Shown: piece by piece, positions 48,214 to 56,800 of the stretch
Layout: every line of letters begins with the position of its first letter
How positions within the stretch are numbered: position 1 is the stretch's first letter
Origin: Promethearchaeota archaeon
GTDB taxonomy: Archaea > Asgardarchaeota > Heimdallarchaeia > Hodarchaeales > Hodarchaeaceae
NCBI GenBank assembly: GCA_048938105.1
Contig: JBHLMN010000008.1
Coordinates: 64,001-128,000, forward strand
Length of the DNA: 64,000 bases
Direction: 5' to 3'
Position numbers and translations under genes: made by a program
Notes under the pieces: generated by a model
Told to the model about the DNA's origin: nothing
Database searches by the model: none
The model's input: the letters and a program-made list of their open reading frames with translations, nothing else

Positions 48214-49605
48214 TTATTGCGCTAATTTATGATATTCTTTTGCAAGAGTCCTAATATAGTCGATTGTTTCCATTATTATTTCAGAAGTAATATTTACATT
48301 GATGATTACTAAACGTAAAACTGTTTTATTTTGAATTTTTGTCAAAGAGATAGAACGTTTTCCTTCTGTTTTCATTCGATGATAAACATACTCTTGAAGT
48401 TGATCTAGATGTATTTTAGGAAAACCTTCAGGCGTGATGCGAATACAAAGAATTCCTAAATCTGGTTTATGACATAATTCAATATCAGGACTATTTAAAA
48501 GCTTATTATATACAGTTTCAACCGCAATGAGAGGAGTATGGAGTCGTTGAATAATTTTTTCCAAACCAAGATAACGAATAGAGGTAATTAGAGGAAGAGC
48601 AGAGAAAGGTCGTGTTGATGGGGGTGATTTTAACCCTGGGTTTGGTTCAGGATCTCCTTTACGATTCCAATAATCCCCATACATTGCCATTCGCTCAAAG
48701 TCTTCTTTTCGACGTACAAAAAGGAGGGAATTAGGTATTGGTACCCCAAATTGTTTATGTGGATCCCAAGTGATTGAATCTGCAAGTTCTATACCAGAAA
48801 AAAGCTCTTTTCGTTCTGGAACTAAAGAATAAGCCAACCCATAAGCGCCATCAATGTGTAACCAAATTCGAAATTTCTCACATAATTGTGCTATTGGAAA
48901 AATTGGATCTATAGAACCAGTTGAAGTTGTACCTGCAGTAGCAATCGCACAAAAAATGTCCTTTTTATTCTGTAATTCAGTTAAAATTTCCTGCATGTGT
49001 TTAACATCAATACGAAAATCATTATCAACTGGTAAGGTCACGAGACTTTGTTCACCAAGTCCCATTATTCGTAAAGCATGTTTTAAAGAAAAATGAGCTT
49101 CTTGAGAAGTTACTGCAACTAAACGAGAAGGATCTTCAAAACCCTGCATCCCTTTTTTGGCAAAATCAAAACCATGTTGTTCTGCAGCCCAATGAAGTGC
49201 CAAATACAAAGCTGATTGATTGGAATAAGTACCACAGTACATAAAAGTCGCGTCAGAGTTAGAAGGGAGCCCAAATAATTGGCAAAGCGCTTTACAGCAT
49301 AGTTCCTCTGACATAACTGCACCAGGGGAAACCTCCCAATTGGTCACCCCTTGATTAAATTGTAGTGCAAAGCTTGCACCAAATTTAGCCCCTTCCTCAG
49401 GGAAGAAATTAAACAGAGATTGAAATTCAGGACGATCATAATGCATAAGATGTGGTAATAGTCGTTCTTCAATCATCTGTCGAAGTTTTTCTAAGGATAG
49501 CCCCTCATTTTGAAAATCAAATAACGGTTTTAAATCTGAGGTAATTTCTTCTGGAGAAGCACCAGAATAAATAGGATTGTTGAAGGATCTGTTCATACTT
49601 ATCAC
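48214..49605 (-). CDS. Group II PLP-dependent amino-acid decarboxylase
   Basis: AHFS, ATAGTTSTGSID, WLHIDGAYG, DSITWDPHK. Confidence 0.9.
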   Translation of the reverse strand: MISMNRSFNNPIYSGASPEEITSDLKPLFDFQNEGLSLEKLRQMIEERLLPHLMHYDRPEFQSLFNFFPEEGAKFGASFALQFNQGVTNWEVSPGAVMSEELCCKALCQLFGLPSNSDATFMYCGTYSNQSALYLALHWAAEQHGFDFAKKGMQGFEDPSRLVAVTSQEAHFSLKHALRIMGLGEQSLVTLPVDNDFRIDVKHMQEILTELQNKKDIFCAIATAGTTSTGSIDPIFPIAQLCEKFRIWLHIDGAYGLAYSLVPERKELFSGIELADSITWDPHKQFGVPIPNSLLFVRRKEDFERMAMYGDYWNRKGDPEPNPGLKSPPSTRPFSALPLITSIRYLGLEKIIQRLHTPLIAVETVYNKLLNSPDIELCHKPDLGILCIRITPEGFPKIHLDQLQEYVYHRMKTEGKRSISLTKIQNKTVLRLVIINVNITSEIIMETIDYIRTLAKEYHKLAQ

Positions 49606-49617
49606 TAGAAATATTCG

Positions 49618-50244
49618 CTATATTTTGATTGAGACGCAAATCCCATCTCCTACAGGGATAATTGTAGAAAATACTCTTGGATCAGAAAATGCAAGTCTAT
49701 TATATTCTTGAACTCCCTTTGTGCTTTCTCTTTCAGGAATTGGTTGTATTACTCTCCCATACCATAAAGCATTATCCGTGATAAGAAGACCTCCTTTATG
49801 TAATTTGGGAATAGCTTGTCTGAAAGCTTGTGGATATTCTTGCTTGTCCACATCATTGAAAATAATGTCAAATTCTCCTTGGATTTGGTTGATGACTTCA
49901 AGAGAATCCCCCACTATATATTTAATATTTGTGATCACTAATCTTTTAAAATAAGAAATAGCTAAATTCTTATTCTCTTCAGAAGCATCTGTACAGATTA
50001 TTTCAGTATCATCAGATGCTGCTTTAGCAAAATATACAGCTGAATAGCCATATCCAGACCCTAATTCTAGGATTTTTTTCGCATTAATAAGGCGGGTATA
50101 TTGATACAGTAATCGGCCAACAAGAGGACTAATTATAGGAAAATCATGTTTTTTAGCATATAATTCCATTTCCACTAGGACGGGGTCTTTCTCTTTTATT
50201 AAATCTAACATGTAATCATGTAAACCATCCATTAGAATACCCAT
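49618..50244 (-). CDS. O-methyltransferase (Methyltransf_3)
   Basis: ILELGSGYGYSA, FDIIFNDVDK, GGLLITDNALWYG. Confidence 0.9.
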   Translation of the reverse strand: MGILMDGLHDYMLDLIKEKDPVLVEMELYAKKHDFPIISPLVGRLLYQYTRLINAKKILELGSGYGYSAVYFAKAASDDTEIICTDASEENKNLAISYFKRLVITNIKYIVGDSLEVINQIQGEFDIIFNDVDKQEYPQAFRQAIPKLHKGGLLITDNALWYGRVIQPIPERESTKGVQEYNRLAFSDPRVFSTIIPVGDGICVSIKI

Positions 50245-50455
50245 AATTCACACCAAATTCTTTAATTGAAAAAAATTAAAAATTAAAGTATTGAATGAGC
50301 TAAAATCTAGTTTATTTTCCTTTGTTAAGAATCTAATAAAAAAGATAAGTTTACTAAAAAAAAGGGTTCCTCTCTTTAGTCTCCCTCATAAATTCTCCGA
50401 AATAACAGGAAAACTGTTTCATGAGCTACTAGAGCTATAAAATGGAAATTACGGC

Positions 50456-51202
50456 TTAAGAACCATTTTTCCAATCTTCAACGACTTTGTTCGCCTCTCT
50501 AGCGTATTCTAACTTCTTATTATCTAGCTTGGGGTGAGGATCTTGTTCGATAAATTCGAAATATGAACATTGGAAACATTTTGTGTATAATAACAATTTA
50601 GGTATTGTTTCAGGCACTCGTACAAGATGGCAATGATTAATTGAGTTAACAAACTCCTTAAAGCTTTCTAAATCTACATTAACAAACTCTAGTGTGTCAA
50701 TATAATTAAAATTTATTGTTATGTTCGTTTTTGATAGATCTAAGAGGTCTTCATTCGTAATTATAAGCTGCTCCTGATGACTGACTGATATCTCTGCCTG
50801 TCTCTTCATGAGCTTTCTTAAACTGTCCGCTGAGAAGTCAGGAAATGCCCCATCAAATTTCAAAACAAAATCTTCCATCAAAGATGTAAGAAGTTCTCCT
50901 GGATTATAATCTAATTTCTTTGATAAATTATAGAAATCATTGTATAACAATTCATCTATTTCTTTGATTAAAAGGTTTAAGGATTCTTCATTCAGATCAT
51001 TTTTTTGTATCCATTTGTTGCGTGCTTCTTTGAGGATATCAATCTCACTAAAGAGAATCTCTCGTTCAAAGAGAATTTTCTCTATTAATACTATCAATTC
51101 CTCTTTAGAAACATATTTTTTCTGAACTTGATTGCGATAGGTTTCAATCTCCTTTGATAACTCAGCCTTTAGTTGAGTAGGATTGATTGCTTTCACACTC
51201 AT
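50456..51202 (-). CDS. Hypothetical protein, RHH-like segment plus a short beta-solenoid-like domain (paralogue of the neighbour)
   Basis: NLLIKEIDELLYNDF...GELLTSLM and SINHCHLVRVPETIPKL align with the next ORF. Confidence 0.65.
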   Translation of the reverse strand: MSVKAINPTQLKAELSKEIETYRNQVQKKYVSKEELIVLIEKILFEREILFSEIDILKEARNKWIQKNDLNEESLNLLIKEIDELLYNDFYNLSKKLDYNPGELLTSLMEDFVLKFDGAFPDFSADSLRKLMKRQAEISVSHQEQLIITNEDLLDLSKTNITINFNYIDTLEFVNVDLESFKEFVNSINHCHLVRVPETIPKLLLYTKCFQCSYFEFIEQDPHPKLDNKKLEYAREANKVVEDWKNGS

Positions 51203-51240
51203 TAAATCACAACCACATTAGTATTCAAAAGAGAACTTCA

Positions 51241-51819
51241 TCAATCTTCAAGCGTATTTTTTGAATTGTTATCTTCAACGTTATAAACTTCAATTCTATC
51301 ACAAAATTGAAGTTTGGAATACATAATAAGCTTAGGAAAAATAGATGGCATTCTAACAGTTCCACAATGACTAACACTCTTTACATATTGAGTAAAAACT
51401 TCCCGTGTCACATCAGGAAGAAATGTGAGTTTATCAATATGTGAAAAATTAACTTGTGCGTTTGCTTCCTCGAGATCAGCTCGACTAATCTTGAGTCGAT
51501 CATAATGATTAATTGATAGCCTCTCAAGGGTAAAATTATTGAATGTGGTTCTTGCCCGTAAAGCAGGAAGATCATCTAGAGAGTCATCTAAATCCATAAT
51601 GATGTCATTCATCATTTTAGTAATAGCTTCCCCTAAATTCATTCGTAGATTTCTAATCTTGTATGAAAATTGGTCATAGATATCACTATCAATTCCACGG
51701 ATAGTAACATTTTTGAGTTTAGATTTCCCTTCTTTCCAACCTTCCTCTTCGTTTTCTGCTTCTTCTTGTACATCTTCACTTTCAAGCTCGTGATCTTTTT
51801 CTGATTCATGTTCACTCAT
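51241..51819 (-). CDS. Ribbon-helix-helix-like putative regulator with a C-terminal solenoid-like domain
   Basis: KNVTIRGIDSDIYDQF...GEAITKMM (FitA-like RHH pattern); SVSHCGTVRMPSIFPKL; GAGG ribosome-binding site. Confidence 0.65.
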   Translation of the reverse strand: MSEHESEKDHELESEDVQEEAENEEEGWKEGKSKLKNVTIRGIDSDIYDQFSYKIRNLRMNLGEAITKMMNDIIMDLDDSLDDLPALRARTTFNNFTLERLSINHYDRLKISRADLEEANAQVNFSHIDKLTFLPDVTREVFTQYVKSVSHCGTVRMPSIFPKLIMYSKLQFCDRIEVYNVEDNNSKNTLED

Positions 51820-51863
51820 GAAAAATTCCTCAATTAGTGGTTTAAGTTTTACGCGCTATTCTT

Positions 51864-51901
51864 GTATCACACGTATGACGTGTATGACAAAGCTATATAA
51901 A
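51864..51901 (-). promoter_or_regulatory. TATA box followed by three 9-bp-periodic GTAT(C/G)AC repeats (candidate RHH operator)
   Basis: GTATCAC at 51864, GTATGAC at 51873 and 51882; minus-strand TTTATATA just upstream at about 51894-51901. Confidence 0.6.
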
Positions 51902-51986
51902 TGCTTTGTTAAGGGTAAAGCCCTAAAAATAGCATTATTTTGAAAAAAATTTCAATTTTTTAACCAATAGTCGTTTCTTAGATTTT

Positions 51987-53375
51987 TTGGAGGTTATATT
52001 AATAATAGATCTAAATATAGTCAATGCTAAAATTTTCATTGAAGATGGTCTTGTCGATGCAAGCTTAGGTATTGACCAAGGGAAGATTGTTGTAATTGGT
52101 AGAGAGAGTGTTCTTCCTAAAGCGCAACAAACAATCAATGCGTCAGATAAAATCGTTATTCCAGGTAGTATTGATGTTCACACTCATATTTTAGATTTAA
52201 TCTTTGATTATAGGGAAACATTCGTAACAGGAACTAAATCTGCTGCTGCTGGAGGAATTACGACTATTTTAGAGATGCCTCTCGGCATCGAGGGAAAAAC
52301 TGTTCTTGAAGTATTTGATATGCAATTAGATGTCATGAGGAAGAAATGTTTAATAGATTTTGGGTTAATAGGATCAGCTGGATATTCAACTATAGATACC
52401 ATTGCTGAGTCGGCCCAGAAAGGGGCGATTGCTTTTAAAACATTTATGATTAACCCCTCTGAAGAAGAAGCTGAACTTAAGGATCTTGCTGCTAAAGATG
52501 ATTATTTTTTACTGAAAATATTTTCCGAGATTGCGAAAACTGGACTTGTTAGTAGTGTTCATGCAGAAAATGATGTTATAATAAGTAATGAAATCAAGAC
52601 ATTAATTTCACTAGGAAAAATAGACTTTAATGCACATACAGCGTCCCGACCCGCCATTTCTGAAGATGAAGCCTGTATGAGGGCGATATTACTGGCACAT
52701 CATGCAAATGTAAAACTTAATCTTGTCCATATGAGTTCTAAAAATTCTTTTGAGTATATAAGAAGAGCAAAACAGAACGATTGGGATATAAGTTGTGAAA
52801 TAACACCTCACCATTTATTTTTGACTTCTGAAGATGGTGAGAAAATTGGGCCTTGGGCCAAAGTTGACCCACCTTTACGATCAAGAGACCATGTAATCGC
52901 TGCATGGAGGGCTCTGAACGATGGGACAATTGATATGATCGCTTCCGACCATTCCCCTTATTCCGATGATGAAAAAGATGTGAATCAAAAGAACAACAAC
53001 TATTTTGAGGTTGGATCAGGAACAACTGGCTTGCAAACACTTCTTCCTTTAATGCTTGATGCAGTAAATAAGAAGAAGACAACTTTACGAAGACTCGTTG
53101 AATCTACATCGACTACCCCTGCAAAAAGATTTGGGATATATCCCAGAAAGGGAACTATTACGTTAGGTGCTGATGCTGATCTCGTTATTATCAATATGCA
53201 AAAGGAATACACATTAAAAAGTGAAAATTTATTCACTAAACCTAAAATAACAATATTTGAAGGGATGAAGTTAAAAGGATCGATTGAGAAAACATTCGTG
53301 AGGGGGAATTTAGTGTACGACACAGGAACCTTTCATGTAGAACAAGGAAATGGAGAGTTTATCACTCCACTGTGA
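51987..53375 (+). CDS. Cyclic amidohydrolase, allantoinase/dihydroorotase family (allantoinase-like)
   Basis: IDVHTH, AAAGGITT.LEMPL, FKTFM, HAEN, EITPHHL, KVDPPLR, ASDHSP; lacks the dihydroorotase HxHxR arginine. Confidence 0.85.
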   Translation: MEVILIIDLNIVNAKIFIEDGLVDASLGIDQGKIVVIGRESVLPKAQQTINASDKIVIPGSIDVHTHILDLIFDYRETFVTGTKSAAAGGITTILEMPLGIEGKTVLEVFDMQLDVMRKKCLIDFGLIGSAGYSTIDTIAESAQKGAIAFKTFMINPSEEEAELKDLAAKDDYFLLKIFSEIAKTGLVSSVHAENDVIISNEIKTLISLGKIDFNAHTASRPAISEDEACMRAILLAHHANVKLNLVHMSSKNSFEYIRRAKQNDWDISCEITPHHLFLTSEDGEKIGPWAKVDPPLRSRDHVIAAWRALNDGTIDMIASDHSPYSDDEKDVNQKNNNYFEVGSGTTGLQTLLPLMLDAVNKKKTTLRRLVESTSTTPAKRFGIYPRKGTITLGADADLVIINMQKEYTLKSENLFTKPKITIFEGMKLKGSIEKTFVRGNLVYDTGTFHVEQGNGEFITPL

Positions 53376-53381
53376 TTTCTC

Positions 53382-54260
53382 TCATTTTAGAAGTTCTATA
53401 AATCCATGTTTTAATACCGCTTCTCCATTTTCATTTTTAGTTTCAAAACCAATGGTCTTACTCGTCTCACCTTCCTCCAGCAGCCAACCTTCGGTAGTAA
53501 GCGTACTCTCCATAAGAACAGGCTTTGAAAACCTTGTTTTTATTTGCTTGACCTTTGTAGGATCTCCTTCTGCAAGTTCATCAACAATTGCCTGTGTTGC
53601 GAATGCTAATGTACATAATCCATGAAGAATGATATCAGGTAATCCAACAGCTTTGGCGATATCCCTATCTACATGAATAGGATTGTTATCTCCAGAAGCG
53701 GCAGCATAGCGAACCGATTGATCAGAAGCGACTTTCATCTTTTTTGTAATAATTATCTTCCTTTCAAGCTCTTCCTTTCTCTTCGAACTGACTCCTTTTC
53801 TCGGTTTCCTGAAAAACATTCCAGCTCGCATTTCAAAGACAAGCTCTTCTCCCGCGTAACCTAAATTTTTAGCCCACAATATGTCTCCTGATTCTTTAAC
53901 ATCGATAGATTCTAATTCAACTTTTATTTTAATCTTGTCCCATAGTCTTAAAGGTCGGTGGTACAAGATTTCATGCTCGCCATGAACCATTCGGAAAATA
54001 TCTAGGTTTAAAGTTTCATCCGCGACAATCTGTTTCATTGGATCAACTAACATTGTCACTGGGAAAAGAGGTGGAATAGCTAGTTTATCCTCTTCCGATT
54101 CATAATATCGCGGATTTTTCTCATTTGTTGCTTTGGCATAAGCCATCGTTCTTTCTGGGTCAACAGTTTCTATTCCTCCCTCGTATTTTTTACCAACAAT
54201 ATTAGGATTAAGACCACTTTCTAAAAGTCCCAAAATTTTTTCACCTAAACATTTTTTCAA
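53382..54260 (-). CDS. Double hot-dog MaoC-family (R)-enoyl-CoA hydratase
   Basis: MVHGEHEI and YAAASGDNNPIH...ILHGLCT (hydratase-2 motif). Confidence 0.88.
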   Translation of the reverse strand: MKKCLGEKILGLLESGLNPNIVGKKYEGGIETVDPERTMAYAKATNEKNPRYYESEEDKLAIPPLFPVTMLVDPMKQIVADETLNLDIFRMVHGEHEILYHRPLRLWDKIKIKVELESIDVKESGDILWAKNLGYAGEELVFEMRAGMFFRKPRKGVSSKRKEELERKIIITKKMKVASDQSVRYAAASGDNNPIHVDRDIAKAVGLPDIILHGLCTLAFATQAIVDELAEGDPTKVKQIKTRFSKPVLMESTLTTEGWLLEEGETSKTIGFETKNENGEAVLKHGFIELLK

Positions 54261-54322
54261 CGATTTTTAGAAATAGAATTAAAAAGTACTCGAACAAAAA
54301 TATCTATTCTTGGTGGTTAATA

Positions 54323-55762
54323 TTGTCAGAGAAGATTTTAGAATGGTTAGAAAAGAATCGAGAAAGGTTTATCAAGATCAGTAATGAAATTTGGGGTTAT
54401 GCTGAGTTAGGATTATTTGAGAAAAAGTCGTCAAAATTGTTAGCCGATACTCTTGCAGGTGTTGGCTTTACAATAAAGATGGGTGTGGCAGATATGCCCA
54501 CGGCGTTTGTGGCAAGCTATGGAACAGAGGATCCAATTATTGCCATACTGGGGGAATATGATGCGTTACCAGGACTTAGTCAAGCAGCTGAGCCAGTAAA
54601 AAAGCCCATCAAAGAAGGTGCACCTGGTCATGGATGCGGTCACAACCTATTTGGTACAGCTTGTTTGGCAGCTTGTTTAGCTGTCAAAGAGGCAATAGAA
54701 TCAGGAGAAGTGAAGGGTACTATTCGATTTTATGGTACCCCTGCGGAAGAGAATGCAGATGGCAAAGGATGGATGATTAAAGCAGGTGTTTTTGATGATG
54801 TCCATGTTTCTTTGACCTGGCACCCTTGGGACATCTGCTTTGTCATGGCGAACAATTTTCAGGCGATGTATAATGTTGTTTTCCAGTTTCAAGGACAAGC
54901 TGCCCATGCTGCGGGAGATCCACATAATGGCCGATCCGCTCTTGATGCTGTAGAACTAATGAATGTGGGGTGCAATTATCTTAGAGAACATATGATCCCT
55001 GATGCTAGAGTTCATTATGTAATAACCAAGGGTGGTCAAGCTCCCAATATTGTCCCTGATGAGGCTGAAGTTTGGTATTTTGTACGCGGTCCTCGACTTG
55101 AGGATGTTAAAGCCCTGTATCCTAGAGTGGTTAAGGTTGCTGAAGGAGCAGCTTTAATGACTGAAACAGAAGTTGATGTAGTTTTTCTGGGTGGTTCAGC
55201 CAATCTTTTACCCAACGAAACATTAGAAGAATTATTGCATGAAAAGATGGAAGAAATTGGTGCTCCACAGTTTACAGAGGAAGAGTTTGAATTTGCGCGT
55301 CAAATTCGGAAAACGTTCCCCAAAAACTATTTTGACAACAGCTTAGCAGTCCTTCCTCAAGATGCCAGACCCTATTTGGAAAAATTTAGGGATAAAGAGT
55401 TTTTTGATTCGGTAAGTCCTATCTTTGGTAGAGGTATTACTTTAGGTGGATCTACTGATGTAGGAGATGTATCCTGGATTACTCCATTGGCTCAATTTGC
55501 AACTGCATGCGCAACTATTGGAACTCCAGGTCATTCTTGGCAAGAAGTTGCCCAAGCAGGCATGAGTATCGGTCACAAAGGGATGATTTATGCTGCAAAA
55601 ATACTTAGCCTTGCGACAATTGAATTGATGCAGAGACCAGGATTGGTAGAAAAAGCGCGCATAGAGTTTGAAGAGAAGATCAAAAAAACACCATTTGAAA
55701 GTCCCTTATCTGCTGATGCGAAACCTCCTATTGAGTATTATAGAAATTTGTATAAACAATGA
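54323..55762 (+). CDS. M20 amidohydrolase (AbgB-like)
   Basis: GEYDALPGL, GHGCGHN, GTPAEE, GRSALDA, GGSTDVGDVSW. Confidence 0.9.
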   Translation: MSEKILEWLEKNRERFIKISNEIWGYAELGLFEKKSSKLLADTLAGVGFTIKMGVADMPTAFVASYGTEDPIIAILGEYDALPGLSQAAEPVKKPIKEGAPGHGCGHNLFGTACLAACLAVKEAIESGEVKGTIRFYGTPAEENADGKGWMIKAGVFDDVHVSLTWHPWDICFVMANNFQAMYNVVFQFQGQAAHAAGDPHNGRSALDAVELMNVGCNYLREHMIPDARVHYVITKGGQAPNIVPDEAEVWYFVRGPRLEDVKALYPRVVKVAEGAALMTETEVDVVFLGGSANLLPNETLEELLHEKMEEIGAPQFTEEEFEFARQIRKTFPKNYFDNSLAVLPQDARPYLEKFRDKEFFDSVSPIFGRGITLGGSTDVGDVSWITPLAQFATACATIGTPGHSWQEVAQAGMSIGHKGMIYAAKILSLATIELMQRPGLVEKARIEFEEKIKKTPFESPLSADAKPPIEYYRNLYKQ

Positions 55763-55955
55763 ATGGTGAATATTCTTTTTGAGTGAAAGCTCTTAATTGC
55801 TTCATTAATTAGAATGTGGTTCTATTAGCAAGTTTCAGTTTAGATATTAAAGAGCTCCAAATTGACGTTGAAAAAAAGGAGAAACTGAATTATTTCAATC
55901 AAGTTACCAATTTAAAATTTATCCATTATTCTAACAATATAAGGTAGGATTATTT

Positions 55956-56564
55956 ATGATTTCAAGTGATTATCTCAAACCAACGTTTTTTATTGACTCT
56001 GAATCGGATGTTGTCGTGAATTTAGCCCAGAAACTCAGATCGGAGCACAAAGAGAAGGTTGACCTAGCTATAGCGACATTCAATTATGTACGGGACAATA
56101 TCAAATATACAATTGATGTCACTCGGTATGAAACTCCAGAAGATATGAAAGCGAGTGCAACGATCAAAAAAGAGTTTGGATTTTGTATTCCTAAATCCGT
56201 GGCATTGGTCGCTCTTTTACGGGCAAATAATATTCCTGCTCGACTTCATTTCGCGGATATTATAAATCATAGAATCCCCCCCCATATCCTAGAGCTCCTA
56301 AAAACTAATGTGATGATATTTCATGGATATGCAGAAGTTCATCTGGGAAAATGGATAAAACTTACACCCTCATTTGAAACCTCTCTTTGTGAACGGCATA
56401 ACTTTCCAGTGTGCACATTTAATGGAGTAGACGATGCGACCTTTAAATCCTATGATAATGCTGGTAACATATTTGTAGAATATATCAATGATAGAGGAAC
56501 CTATGCTGATCTCCCTTACGATGAGATATTCAAAACATTCGCAGAATATTATGAATATCCATAA
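55956..56564 (+). CDS. Transglutaminase-like protein
   Basis: FNYVRDNIKY, GFCIPKS..LVALLRA..IPAR, HGYAEV. Confidence 0.88.
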   Translation: MISSDYLKPTFFIDSESDVVVNLAQKLRSEHKEKVDLAIATFNYVRDNIKYTIDVTRYETPEDMKASATIKKEFGFCIPKSVALVALLRANNIPARLHFADIINHRIPPHILELLKTNVMIFHGYAEVHLGKWIKLTPSFETSLCERHNFPVCTFNGVDDATFKSYDNAGNIFVEYINDRGTYADLPYDEIFKTFAEYYEYP

Positions 56565-56800
56565 AACTGGTCTTAACTTCAAAATCATTTCATAAGGTTT
56601 TTTTTGATAAACAAAAAAGGCATGATTTCTCTTCATTTCTTAAGAGTTTGAATTCCTTAATAAATATCAACAATCCTTTTTCCTTAAATGAAGAAAAAAT
56701 CATCATTATCTTTTAGCAAAGCTTAAATAGAACCCTATCCAAAATTACTAAATTCTAAGATGCAAATTTTGGAAGAAAACTTAATGATTCAATTCGAGAG

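Noticed and set aside
51987-53375. pyrC (dihydroorotase) gene symbol
   Set aside because: Lacks the substrate-binding Arg after HxH and has no pyr gene context.
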